A stretch of 62,523 nucleotides of DNA from Salpingoeca rosetta (taxonomy: Eukaryota; Protista; Choanoflagellata), in the NCBI GenBank assembly GCA_033442325.1, contig JAWQFM010000004.1, positions 1,555,895 to 1,618,417 of the forward strand. The letters run 5' to 3'. Shown here in pieces: positions 36,730-50,251 of this stretch (position 1 is its first letter; every line of letters starts with the position of its first letter). Position numbers and translations under genes: made by a program. The notes under the pieces were generated by a model that searched no databases, was not told the DNA's origin, and saw only the letters and a list, made by a program, of their open reading frames with translations.

Positions 36730-39700
36730 GACCGCACGCTGTCCCCCTCCGTGGACACAACATTGAAGCACCTTGCAACAACGCTCAAAGAGCATCGCGT
36801 GCTGTTCGCCACTGGACAGTTGCGTCCACGAAACACTTCTTCCACCATGATTGATCTGTCATCGATCCAACGCATGATGAACGCCAGGCCTTTGGATGCA
36901 ACAGCAACGGTATTGAAGAGGGAAATGGGGGAAATCAACACCCATCAAAGGCAGCCCATCTCAACCAGACACGGCATGCACTGCCCTCCTCAAGAGCGCA
37001 CAACCGCACCCCTCATGCACACGCGTGCGACGCGCTGGTAGCGACGAACAACCCTGCAAAGCATTATTGATGGCTCGTGCGCTGGAGCCTTGGAGCTAGC
37101 GCCAATGGTGTACTGTTCCTCACGGTTTCTGGACACGAAGCAGTCAACAGCACAACTGACACGAGTACTTTGCAAGCGGCGTCAATGACAGTGAGGCACT
37201 TGTCTTTGCAAGGGCACGTTGAAGCAGAGATACTTCAGTGGATTGTCAACAATGGCAACTGGACCTCGTGCACGACGGTGCGCATCACTGGTGTGCAGTT
37301 CCCAGCGTTTCATTTGAGCGTGCTCAACGATTTTCCCATCCTGGATGAGGTGGCTGTTCAAGACAACACACTACTCCAGGAAGTTGACAAAGAGGGGTTC
37401 AAACATGCAGCACAGCTGTTTGCGCTTCGTTTGCGAAACAACTCCCTTGCATCAGTTCCAAAGGTTGCACTGATGACGTCCCTGGTCGAGCTTGATTTGG
37501 ACCGCAACAAAATTCCGCGTATCCAAGCAGATGCATTCGAGAAACTCACAGCCCTGGATGAGCTCTTTCTCCACTCCAACAGCATCAGCAAGGCAACATT
37601 CCCACTGGCGCGTTTCATTCACTGAAGCACTTGACATGGCTGGAGCTGGGCGCAAACCCGATTCGGCAGCTAGACGCACACGTGTTTGCTGGCCTAACGC
37701 AGCTGCACACATTGCATGTGGGTGGCACCCTCCTGACCTCCCTGCCACCCACCATCTTTCAGACAAACCGCCGATTGAATGACGTCGTTCTCGAAGGGAA
37801 CCTCCTCACGTCCCTCCCAGACTTTATCTTTGCTGGGCTAACTTCTCTACGCCACCTGTCCTTAAACAACAACCACCTGACATCACTGCAGCCAACTCTG
37901 TTTCGAGATTTAGTCTCCCTGAGCGACTTGAGCCTGAGAGACAACCAATTGACAGCATTGCCTGACCGGCTCCTTGATTCATGCTACCGCTTAAAATGGC
38001 TGTTCTGTCACAACAACCGCCTCAGTGTGCTAGCCCCCGACCTATTCGCGCACACGCCCAACTTGCGGGAGGTCACTTTCGAAAACAATCGCCTTCGTCA
38101 CGTTGACGGGCTGTTTGACACAGAGTTTCCACGCCTCGAGCGCATTGACATGGCGGCGAACAAGCTGACCCGGTTTCTCATTCCCAACCCATGGCCTTCC
38201 CTGCACACCCTCGTCCTGGGCGACAATCCCATGCAATACATGCCAGACATGACGAAAGCGCCTGCACTTCGTGTGCTGCGCATGCAGAACCACGATGTCA
38301 AAAGGATCGATCTCACACCGCTTCTGACTCTTCCAAATCTGACAACTGTCGAGCTGGACGCAGCGCATGATGACGACAAAACGAGCAGAGCAGTGTTCGA
38401 GGCCACCAACTTGACACCTTCTCCACACCTGCGCACCCTCAGCTTGCAACACGTGGACGTGAGTGAGGTGCTTGGCTACCTGCTGCAACTGCCACTTCAG
38501 CTTCGAGTGATTGGACTGGGATGGCCCGGCGTCGACAACCGCACTTTGCCATTGGAAATGGTATGCAATGTACTGGCAGACGAGGTGGACGTGTTTCGCC
38601 TCGTCAACACACGGCACACGAGGTTGCATCTCTGTACGAACAAAACCTTCCAAACTGTTCAGATCCAACGCAACAAGCACCTCAAGTTGGTCATCGTCCC
38701 CAGCGCGCTGAGAGAGCTGAACGCGTCCGATTGCACGCAGTTAACTCAGATTGACGCGCCGTTCATCGATGTGTTGGACATCAGCAACACACGCATTCAG
38801 CCCAGCACTGCCTTGTGCACGCGGTGGGGCCGCCGTGTTTTCTTTGCGCGGAACCTGAGGGCCGAGAGCAACTTCAACTCGGTGTCTGCTCCGGCTACCA
38901 TTTCCACATGCCTGTTTCTCCTTGATGTGGTTGATCTCTCGGGGAACAAGTGGCTGCATGACCCAGCCGAAGTCAACCGAATCGTGGGACACGAGATCGC
39001 CCTATCCGAATCAAATCTCCGCCGCAACGGACGAGTTTTTCCTCGCAGGCCTCGAGCGCCAGTGCTACAACTGCAAGACGCTCCCATCGATTGCGCGCTT
39101 CACCTCTCGAGCGGAGACTTTGATCTTTTCGATAACACGATCCCTGGGCTAGTTGGTTCAGTCACTGAGATTGTGTACTCCTTTCATTGCCAGTGCTCAC
39201 AAGGGCATGAGATGCGACGCGGGCGGTGCGAACCAATTGAGCTCGACATTGTGCCGGCTGTGCTGGGGACGATCGCTGGCGTGCTTGCACTGCAAGCGTT
39301 GCTGTTCCTCGGGTACCGCACGTACAAGAGGCAAAGGCGTTTACAAGCAGACAACGCGCTTAAGGACCAATTGCTGGTGGAGATGGACGAAGAGGTGATG
39401 GCGCTGAAGAAAGCGTGGGAGATTGGATACGATGAGCTGAAAATGATTAAGCGGGTGGCTGCGGGTGCATTTGGCGTGGTGTTCATGGCAGAGTGGGACA
39501 CGGTGACGGTGGCCGTCAAGGTGCTGCAGCAAGCCGTCATGGCATTTGGTGAGAGCACGGTGTTGGAATTTGAGAAGGAGGTGGAGTTCCTGCAGCGGAC
39601 ACGGCATCCGCACGTGGTGCGGTTCTTTGGTGCGGGGACAGATCCCAACGGCAGCCCGTTCCTGGTGCTGGAGTTTGTTGCTCTGGGGTCCCTTAAAGAT

Positions 39701-40474
39701 TTGTTGGAGAAGGACGTGGAGCAAGTGTTAACGGAGGTGGAGCAAGGGAAGCAAAGCGGGGAAAACAGTGTGGAGGAGGGTGTGACAGCATCAGAGATCG
39801 TGGGTGAGGAATTGACGTTGGTGAGCACAGGAATCGACAGAAGCGTTGAGACGATGACTGTGTGGGAGTTGAAACTGCGCCTGCTTCGCGACGTCGCCAG
39901 TGGTATGGCCTTTATCCACAGCCTCGACCAGATGCACCGGTGAGTATGTGTGTGTGTGTGTGTGTGTGCGTGTCTGCAGGCATGTGCTTCTTGCTCACCC
40001 CTTCATCTCCACTCACCCATCCACCATCCACTTTACAGGGACTTGAAGAGCGGCAACGTGCTGGTATCATCGTCGCTGCGTGCCAAGATTACGGACTTTG
40101 GGTCCATTCGCCAGTGCTTCACGCGTGACAGAAATCAGCAGCAAAGGACACGCCTGTCCTCAAGCCATGATGATGATGATCCGCAGTACAGCCAGCAGGC
40201 TGTACTGCAAACGATGACGAGCATGACGCTGACGGCTGGGGTGGGGACGCCACTGTACATGGCACCAGAGGCACTGACGGGCGACAAGTACAGCTTCGAG
40301 GCAGACGTGTTCAGCTTTGGCGTGCTGATGTGGGAGGTGGCGACACAGCGACCACCTGATCTGATCGAGCAGGAGAAGGGGAGTGGGTATCGAGGCCCGA
40401 TCCTCGCCACCATCAGCAACCTGATGGCAGATGGAAAGCGGCTCAAGTTTGAAGACAGCGAACAACATGGTGAG

Positions 40475-40508
<34 letters not shown>

Positions 40509-40710
40509 ATGTGTGCTCGTTTAGATTGCGTGACCACGCGTCCATCTCTCTCTCTCTCTCTGTCTCTGTCTCACACAAACACACACACACACATGCACAC
40601 GCCTTTCAGCCATCCCCGAGTGGCTCCAGTCGCTGACGTACAAATGCATGGCGCAGAGCCCGCGTGAACGACCATCGTTTGGAGAACTCAAGGACCACCA
40701 CTTTGCTTGA
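36730..40710 (+). CDS. LRR receptor-like TKL Ser/Thr kinase; 5' part disrupted (stop 37039, frameshifts ~37075 and ~37600)
   Basis: 24-aa LRRs, Cys cap, TM VLGTIAGVLALQALLFLGY, kinase motifs AGAFGVV/VAVK/HR|DLKSGN/DFG/GTPLYMAPE/DVFSFG; introns 39940-40038 and 40470-40609; TGA 40708-40710. Confidence 0.85.
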
Positions 40711-41099
40711 TTGCACGTGTGTGTGTATGCATGCGCACTCGCTTGCTCGTTTTGTGTACGTATGAGTGAATGTGTCGTCAACATGCATGTATTGCGGGGT
40801 TTGGAACGACGCAAAGTGCAAGCAATAAACCAACACCAACGCAAAGACAAACCAACACAACGCCATCAACTGCAAGTCATGTCACAATTCATTCTACGAT
40901 GGTCGGCAACGCCGTTCTGCACGTGCTGTGCTGCATCTCCTTCTTCAGCGCATGCAGCACACCCTGCCACTGCACGCTGCAGCCAACACTTGAAAGAAGC
41001 GTCGCACACCCATCCCCCTCCTCCTCCTCCTGCATCAGTCACGCCGCAGCTGCAACTCAATGTCTGCGCAGTCCGACGTGAGCGCAATCAGCAGGTTCA

Positions 41100-43120
41100 G
41101 CACCATTGATATGCAGGACGCGCAGCAGCCAGCACCACCACTGTAGTCGCCGTCAAAGGTATCCACAGGTCAAGGTCCGCCAGCAGCAGCAGCAGCAGCA
41201 TGTTGTTGAACACGAGCAGCAAGGCCGTTGGCCGACAACGTGTTGTCGTTGTGCAGCAGCAACCGGAACGACGTCCACCCGGCCACAATGCTGATGCCGA
41301 GGGCGAGCAGAGCAGGAAGTGGCGCATGTCGAAGCAGATGGGCCAGGATCATGCGCTGGCTGGAACGGGTGTAGGTGGTACAGCAGTGGAAAGGAACGTG
41401 TGTGCGTGCTGGGAAGAGTGCATGTTGGGAAGGGTGCGTGCTGGGAAGAGTACGTGCCACGCACCACAAACACCAACACCACATTCGTCGCTTCCAAACA
41501 GCCGTGACTGCCGCACCTCCTGCACCATGTCCACAACCAGCCAGCACACCCAGCACCAGTATGATCACCACCGACTTGTTGTCGTCGGCTGCACCCAGCA
41601 GCAGCTGTACCACGTCCTTGCCACTGACGAGGGCGACGGTGAGCATGTACCACGCCACTGCAGACGCGAACAACGAAGCTGCCTAACAGCTCCGCATCGC
41701 CCGTAGACCGTCATTCACAAACCCAGCTGCACGCGTCAGTGGCACCACGCGCGCCCCAGGGTCCTCAAGCTTGGCCAGCTCACCAGACAACTTCAGCCGG
41801 TTGTGCCAAAACGTACTGCTGCTCATCTCGCTGATGAATGTCCTGTCTGCCCTGGTGAGACAATCATGCCCGCTGGTGGTGGTTGTACTGCTTGTCGGCG
41901 GTGGAGGTCGCAAGCTCAAGCTCGCTTGTAAACGTGCACACAAGCAGGATGACGTCTGCCACGAGTGTGTGCGTCAGGGGCGACGCGCAGTGACCAGGGC
42001 TTCCCTGCCAGGGCTTGTCATCGCTAGGGTTGAAGAAGGCTCTGGCGAACTCACACACCTTGTCCACGATGAACTGCTCTGTGCTGCAGTCGAGCCAGGA
42101 CACGCTGGTGGTGCTGAAGATGGCGCGGAGTGCGGACGCGTGGCGGGCCTTGCTGGCCGTAAACGACAACAGAGACAGCGGCGTGTCTGTCTCGGCATCC
42201 TGGACGGCAGTGCTCACGGTGACAGGGAACATGCGCACGGCTCGCTGCAGCTTAGCAACACTGCTCAAGTCAATTGAACGGGAGGTGATGGGGAGCTCGG
42301 GCACAGCCTCGGCGTGGTGGGTAACAAGGGCAACGGCTCCAGGCATCGTGTCTTGGGTGAAACTAGATGGCCAGCAGGGCAAATTGTGACGGCCGTGGTG
42401 TTGACCTTGTTGAAGCTGAGCACACAATACGCAGCCGGCACCGCGAAGCTCGGCCACACGGGAGAACCTGCTTGGCGTCGCGTGTTGATGCGGCTGATTC
42501 AAAGCTGGCACTGGCCGGCGTGGTGCTGTGTGAGAGCTGCCATCCTCGCGTGCTCCACAGCACAATGGCAACACTTGTCATGTTTCACTGCTCCAGGGTG
42601 TGCGTGGTCAGGACGTGCTCCCCATCCAGGGGCTGGCGCACACCCCCGCTGTTGCCTCTGATCGACTGCGCTGACCACCAAACGGGGGCAGCAGAGCGGC
42701 CACACGGCAGGGCTTGTCCACGTTCCAAACACTTTGCGCCACCGTATCCGCCAGCGACCAGGAGTGCCCTGCTGCAAGAGGGCTGTGGATCAGGGACAAG
42801 CGCAGCGACGTGGAGGAGGAGGTCACGCTGTACATTGCCAAAACACAGGCCTCCGGCACAAGCAGGTGCTGCTCTCTGCTCGCAGACATGCTGATGGTGC
42901 CGATGAAGCCATGGCCCTCGCCAAAATGATGCCACAGGAGCACAGGAGAAGGTGACGAAGTGGTGGCTGTTGCGATGGATTGGATCTCCGAGACGTGGAC
43001 GCTGGTGATTTCGCGGATCGCGTGCACGTCCGTCGTTGGCGTTGCTGAAGAGGTGGCCACTTGCCACGACCAGTGGATGGCTGCGGCCGCAAAGCCGCGA
43101 AGCCACAAACGTCAGCGGGG
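41100..43120 (-). pseudogene. Unidentified degraded coding sequence ending in hydrophobic TM-like segments
   Basis: Protein-like blocks in shifting frames (e.g. FASAVAWYMLTVALV..VVIILVLGVL); no family recognised. Confidence 0.3.
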
Positions 43121-43149
43121 TTACTCAAGGATGCAACAGCAGCGCACCC

Positions 43150-45158
43150 GTCACCGCGTTCACCACCTGCACCACACGGCCCAGATGAAGCTTGTAGTGG
43201 ATGCGGAGCACGGTCGCATGCAACAGGTGCATGGCCAGCAAACACATTCAGCAAGCAGGTTGTCCTTAATCATCAGAACGACATCCGCTGACTCAATGTT
43301 GATGTTGTCGCCAACTATTGCCACCACCTCGCCCTTTCGCCTGCAGCTCCTGCACGCTGCTGCGAGCACGTTGTCGATGCCAATCTCTGCCCCAAATGGA
43401 CCGCGCAGTCGCCCGTGAGCATGGCCATGGTCAGGCCGTGCGGGCGCAGCAGGCGCACCGCTCTCTTCGCCTCGAAGGCTTGCACGTGTCAGCGAGACCC
43501 CACATGGCCCAGGCAGGAGGTTGCCGTCTGCCGAGCACGTAACAACCGTGTAGCCACGCGTCTCGTCGTCTTCGTGCATCGTCTGCCACATTTCGGTGCT
43601 GATGTTGTGGGATTGCCAACAACACAAGGGCATGCCAATACCTCAATGTGCATGCCAATGACAATGGGCATGCTGTCCACGGTTGCTGAGATGCCGCGAC
43701 CAGAGAATGTCTTGAAGTCCGTTGCAGGAGACAGCGCCGACGTGCGCCACAATCGCCTGGCCCAGGGGCATGCTCGCTGTTTGCCTCTGCAGCCGCCACC
43801 AGCTTCAACAGGGCGTCCTCGTCCGTCCACGTGTCATCATCGCCGAGCACGCGCACACATGACTTGTGGAGATCCAACCGTCAGCGTGCCCGTCTTGTCA
43901 AACACGGCCTGTGTGGAGGGAGAGTTGAGTGTGTGGGTGAGAGAGAGTGTGTGTGTGTGAGTGTGTGAGTGAGTGTGTGAGTGAGTATGTGAGTGTTCTC
44001 TAACCACGACTTGCGAGCACCACACACACACACACGCGCACGCACGCACGCACACACACACACACGCACGCACGCACACACACACACACACACACACATA
44101 GACACACCAGTTGAACGTCGCCTTCGTCAGACGAATGTGTCAGCGGCACCCGAGGTCAGCAGCGCAACCCACACACCAATGGCAACACGATGCCTGACAC
44201 AAAGCGCCCCGCCAGCTTATCTGGGAAAGAAAAAGGAGAGATGAAGGAAACGAGAGATTGTGTGGGTATGTGTGTGAGTGGGAATGTCTATAGAAACATT
44301 GACAGGCACGTGTGAAACATTGGTGTCGCGTGTTGTATGCAGAACACACACCTCTGCTGGATGGGCGCCTTTGAAAGTTGAGCACCCTCGTTGTCAACGT
44401 GTGTAGCAGTACCATGGTGCCGCCCACATGACAATGCCGTCAACGCCTTTGGAGACGAGACGAGTGTTGATTCGCCCCGTGATCATGGCCTCGTCCATTT
44501 CACCCGCACCCTCCAGCACGCGTCCATCCAATTCACAGGCACTTTGTCACCAGCCACCATCTGCCAACAAGAACGTGAGGGAAGGTGAGCGAGATGCAAC
44601 GACAGTGCATTTTCTGGCGGCTGCCACAATCTCAGCTGAGGGTGGCAACAACTGCCACATTGCTGCTGCTGCAGCTACAACCAACCACTCGCCATCACCC
44701 GCCACCACATGTTACGCACCACCACCAACTCCAACACCCAACCCCCTCATCACGCACCTTCAGGTCGTCGCCGCGCTGCACCAGTCGGTGTCAATTCGCT
44801 CCTCCACGCGGTTGCCTTGACTATACCTTCCTTCAGCAGGCTGGAGGTGTTCCCTGTGGCGAGGTGTTCGATGTATCGCCCGGGCGAAACAAAGGTGAAG
44901 AGGGAGAATGCCGGTCTCAAAGAAGAGGTCGCCACCACCAGTCAGAGTCTTCGTGGGAGGCGGGTGCAATAACGAGCACCACCAGGAAGTGCAAGTATGC
45001 AGCCCTGAGGTGGAATTGTAACAACGCAAGGGCAAGTGTGGGTGGATCAGCGATACGTGTGCACGCATGCAAACGTGAGCAAAGAAGGCACGCATAACGC
45101 TCTCTCGTTCACTGCAGTGCTGGACTTGACAAGAACACGCGGAAGTGGTCGCAACAAA

Positions 45159-45245
<87 letters not shown>

Positions 45246-45707
45246 ACATTCATGTTGGCAGCGCCGTGCATGGTGGACTGCACCGCGGAGAGGACGAAAC
45301 GGCCGACCGGGAAATGAAGGAGATCAGACCCAGCAGCATGAGGATGAGGTTATGCGTCGCGACATGTCGTCAATCATGCGCGCATCCCTGGAGTCTGGCC
45401 ACACGCGGCAACAATGATGGTGGACGGCGACGAACAAACACGGCGCACACGATGAAGGTGATGGGGCAGAAGCGGATCTCGCTCCTGTGGGTGGTGATTC
45501 GTGTTCCAGCTCCGCCGCGTACCCCAGCATCCTTCAGCGCGCTGCGGTCACAAATGGGTGTTGTGTGAAGTGCATAACACAGGGCGTTCTTGTGAGCAAG
45601 TGGTGGTGGGTGGCACGGCGCGGCAGCAAGGGCAGACACAGAGTCCGTTGAAGGGATGCGGTTGGAGGGGAGCAGAGAAGAAGCAAGACGAAGCGACACG
45701 TACAAGT

Positions 45708-45770
<63 letters not shown>

Positions 45771-46800
45771 TGACCATGTCGCGTAGGTCTCGTGCTTGAT
45801 TTCCACACGGCGCGACGCATCATCAACATGCACCATTTGAACACACCGGGCACGGCCCTCAGCATCGCCTGTCATGCATGTCCAACAACAGCAGCAGCAG
45901 CAGCAGCAGGAGGGTGAGAGGTTGAAGCGGAAAGCAGGCATGCGTGCACACAAGCAGCCGTGCAAGCAAGCAAGCAAAACAGACAAGCACAGATGCAGTG
46001 CTGCTCACATCGTATACCTTATGCTGAGGTACGTCATGCCTTGTGCTGGTGTTTGCGTTTCTTCGCGGGCCTTGTATCCTACCTCGCCGATGCTGGCGAT
46101 GATGGCTGCAGGGCTTCACCGGCGCGGTGCCAGCGAGCAGGCCCACACAACACATTGCTGTGCACGCTGGCGCATACGCCCTCAATGTTGGGCACGCACG
46201 AGGTGCACGACATGCCTGTAGTGCAGCGCAGCGGTAGATGCAGTGTGTACCAGCGAGAATTATGTGTGGAAGTGAGGAGGTGTCGAAGTGAGGATGTGCA
46301 CACACACACACACATAGAGTGCACGCACCTGCAACTTGGTGTCAGTGCTGTCAGAGGCGTGAGGAGCTGCTATTGTGCTGGGGTGGGGTGATGGCTTTAT
46401 GAAGAGTGTCGGCAACAGCATCTTGGTGGTTGTCGGAAGGCGCCACTTTTTTCCTGTCAGGTGTGCTCAAAGCTGAAGTGGAGGAGGTTGACACCTCAAC
46501 ACCTTCCTGCTGCTCTTCACGCTGCTGTGGCAGTGAGACGATTTCAACGGAGTGCCCGCCCTGGCGTACAATGTCTGCCAGCTCGCCTGATGACATCTCA
46601 GCAAGATGTTCGACAGCAACCGTCTCGTCTTCGATCATGAGTGTGGTCTTGATCACCGTTGGCCTGACACACTGCTGCTGTCGCATACGATGGCCGCAAT
46701 GCTCTGAGCACACAATCCACATGCCACGGTGGACCTTGCCTGAGGAGACGCCATGGCTGTTGTTGTGGTGGTCGTCGTCGTGGAGCCAAGTGGCCACATG
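43150..46800 (-). pseudogene. P1B copper-transporting ATPase (ATP7/CopA-like) relic
   Basis: HMA motif GMSCTSCVPNIE, GRYIEHLATGNTS, degenerate MITG(E)S, VFDKTGTLTVGSPQV (~43900), FKTFSGRGISATV, VAIVGDNIN and SADVVL; many lesions. Confidence 0.85.
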
Positions 46801-47259
46801 CAGCAGCAGCAGCAGGTTCACGTTGTTCTTCTGCTCCTCCATCCACCATCTGGCAGCTGGCCCACACTGGACATCGCACATGCTTGCAGCTGCCTTGGTG
46901 AGGAGAGTGCCATGTTGGTGTGGAGGAGGAGGCGCTGCACGCATGCACGCTGGTGCCAACCAGACGGAGGAAGGAAGGGTAGACACTCCTCATGATACCG
47001 CCAGCAGTGGCTGGAGAGTGTCTTGGACACAGAGGGACAGCTGCATCACATGCGTGCATCAGGTGCACCTGTGTGCGTCCTTGGCTGTGTGGACACTATG
47101 TTCACAGAGGCGCGAGGCAGCGTGGAGAAGGTGGTGGCGGGGGGACGAGAGCGTCACGATGTCAGACACGACGTAGATGCGAGAGGAGGTAAGGTGCACC
47201 AGCACAATGGAAGATAGGCAGATGGGTGTGAGCATGTGTCATATGAAGCAATGTGTGAG

Positions 47260-48080
47260 GTATGTGTGCAAATGCGTTTACGTGTGTTGAGCACACAAGG
47301 CTGAGCAATGCAATGCAATGCAATGCAATGCAATGGAGTGATCTCGCACACACTCACACACGCACGCACCTGTGGATGAGCAGTGTATTCTTCAGTCACG
47401 ATGCCTGCCTCCTTGACATCAGTTCAATTCACGCCCTTCTTTTGCACTGCGTGATGAAGCCGTGGTGTGGGTACAACGCAGCAAGACACCGACATCGCGT
47501 GCCGTGTGTGCTCTGTCCTTGTTGGTCCGGTCATGAGCTGATGAAGGAAGGCTGATTGAAAGTTGGATGGAAGGAAGAAATGGATGATGGATGAGATGTG
47601 TTTCAACGCGCTTCCTTCTTCCCACAACACACCAGTGAACTTGCTTGCTTGTGTGTGGCTGGAAATCCAATGCACGATTCCCAACAATCGTCCACAAGCA
47701 CAACCAGCCAAAACGCCACAAACAAACCAATCCAATCCTGTCTCCTCTTCTCTTGGTGCTGCGCCTGTCCTGCCAACACACACCACGAAGACGAACGAGG
47801 AAGGAGGAAGGCACACTTAACTTCTGCTCCTTCTCCTGTTCTACTCTTCTTCTCCTCTCCTCTTCTCTCTTCTTCACCCACTCGGAGTACGATGAAGAGA
47901 ACGATGGGGTGCCTGCAGGCACGTGGGTTGCTGGTGCTCCCCGTGCTGCTGCTGGCGGCAGTATGCTTGGTGCCGTTCATCAGCAGCGTTGCTGGAGAGG
48001 TGACGCTGGTGGAGGATGATGCGGGCGCGTTTCACATCAACACTAGCGATCCAATGAGCCAGCCCGTGTTCGTAAATGGG
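47260..48080. repeat. Third, shorter copy of the duplicated upstream block (pyruvate carboxylase first-exon relic + intergenic DNA + 5' end of propeller gene)
   Basis: Matches ~14065-14830 and ~61080-61870, including the (GCAAT)n tract and GTGTGGCTGGAAATCCAATGCA. Confidence 0.85.
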
Positions 48081-49217
48081 GTGAGCGTGGATGTGCTGTT
48101 TGGGGCAGTCTCGGCGCAACAGAGCATGATCGATGCGCACCGGAGCATGCTGCAGGAGTACCGGTCGACATTGCAGGAACAGCGTAGTGCTAACGCGGCA
48201 CAGCAGAGGGTCAACGACGCACAACAGAGTGCGATTGATGCCTTGCGAGCTAAGGTGTGCAAGGCGGCAGCTCACACGTTTGGAGACCTCCCTTCGGGGC
48301 CGGGCAAATGGAGTGGCGGCGTGCTGGCTAACAACGGGTTGATTTACGCCGCTCCATTCAATGCCCCGTCGGTCCTCATCATCGACCCAGTCACCAACGC
48401 TATCGACACAAGCACTATGGCTGAGCTTGGAACTGACATCAACAAGTGGGCTGGCGCCGTTTTGGCGAAGGATGGCCTTATCTACATGTTGGCTGCCTCA
48501 AGACCATCCCTTCTTATTGTTGACCCTGAAACAAACACTGCCGACACCACGAGTATTCAGTCGCTCGGAAGCGGTAGCCGCAAATGGTTTAGCGGGGTCC
48601 TTGCGAACAACGGTCTCATCATTGGCATCCCCAACTTTGCTACTTCCGTGCTGATCATTGATCCAGCCACAAGCACAGCGGATATCACCTCATTATCTGG
48701 ACTTTCCTCCGATGGCAACAAATGGTACAACGGTGCCCAGGCAGACAACGGTCTCATCTATTGTGTTCCAAGTGCGTCGGCTTCAATACTTGTCGTCAAC
48801 CCGGTATCGCTGTCAATGGACCTGATACCACTTGCGGTCTTGGATGTCCGATTCAGATGGCGTGGTGGTGTTCTTGCGAACAATGGCCTCATCTACTCAA
48901 TTCCGGCAAATTCTGCAACACCGCTCGTCATCGACCCAGCCACCAACGCCACCTTCACACTTGATGCTGTCAATCAGGACGGATCAGGAAGGTGGGCTGG
49001 AGGAGTGCTCAGTTCCACCGGACTGATCGTTGGCATTCCACACGACGCACCATCCGTCTTCATCTTCAATCCGGCCACCAATTCCAGCGACACCACCAGC
49101 ATCGATGATCTTGCTGGATTAGGAAAATGGCTCGGCGGCGTGCTCGCGACCAACGGCCTCATTTATGGGATCCCTCTTGTTGCTCAGAACGTCCTCGTCA
49201 TCGACCCGGGGTGCTGA
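47892..49217 (+). CDS. Secreted coiled-coil/7-blade beta-propeller family, copy G (intact)
   Basis: ATG 47892, signal peptide, module, 56-aa coil, 7 repeats, IDPGC*. Confidence 0.9.
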   Translation: MKRTMGCLQARGLLVLPVLLLAAVCLVPFISSVAGEVTLVEDDAGAFHINTSDPMSQPVFVNGVSVDVLFGAVSAQQSMIDAHRSMLQEYRSTLQEQRSANAAQQRVNDAQQSAIDALRAKVCKAAAHTFGDLPSGPGKWSGGVLANNGLIYAAPFNAPSVLIIDPVTNAIDTSTMAELGTDINKWAGAVLAKDGLIYMLAASRPSLLIVDPETNTADTTSIQSLGSGSRKWFSGVLANNGLIIGIPNFATSVLIIDPATSTADITSLSGLSSDGNKWYNGAQADNGLIYCVPSASASILVVNPVSLSMDLIPLAVLDVRFRWRGGVLANNGLIYSIPANSATPLVIDPATNATFTLDAVNQDGSGRWAGGVLSSTGLIVGIPHDAPSVFIFNPATNSSDTTSIDDLAGLGKWLGGVLATNGLIYGIPLVAQNVLVIDPGC

Positions 49218-49219
49218 CT

Positions 49220-49410
<191 letters not shown>

Positions 49411-50251
49411 TTGGTTGCGTGCTTGCAGACATGTTCCCTTTTCTCCGTGATGTACTTCAACCCCACGACTCAAATGCCCTTCCCTCCACCCCCACCCCTA
49501 CATCCCTTTTGTTGCCCGTGATGTTCTCTTCCCTCGTTGCCTCCTGTGACACACCTTCCATGCGGTGCGAACCCGACCAGTGAAAGAACAACCACAGCAC
49601 TAGTCTTTGTGTGATCTCATTGTTTCCCATTACGAAACACGTCGTGTCATCACCCCCACCATCCCGCAGTAGTTCCTCCCAACCAAACACACAACATCAA
49701 CGAACACACCATCATGCTTCACCACGGCACCCGAGATCAGTGTGCTCTGCCCTCTGCTCAGCTTTCCCCAGCAGCCGCTGTTCAAGTACTTTGTTGGTGT
49801 GGAAATTGGTTGTCTGCCGCGTGCTGGATGCACATGAAGACATGAAGCAACAAGCATGACACACAAGGCGCAGCAACAACAGCATGCAAACACAGTCAAG
49901 TGTGCTCATACATCCTAACATCACACTGTTGCATTTATTCATCCATCAACTCACTTGCAACTCACAAGTAGAAGCGCCAATGCAGCGATGAACAACATAA
50001 AGGTCGAACTGGCATAACAACCAAAAGCAACAAGCAACACAGCACACAGGACAGCAAGTGCACGCAGAACGTGGCATCAAATCGGAAGCGAAGCCACAAG
50101 ACACACGAAAACACACAAAGTGAACTCACGAGGAAATAGCACAGGTCGTGTCAAAGCACATGCGACAACACAAAGATGAGCACAGTAACGAACGCGCACA
50201 GTTTCAAACAAGTCTCGCAACCGATGATGACCTCGCCTGCCAGCCGACCAA

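Noticed and set aside
39400-40710. Receptor tyrosine kinase
   Set aside because: The catalytic loop HRDLKSGN and GTPLYMAPE are Ser/Thr (TKL) type, not HRDLAARN.
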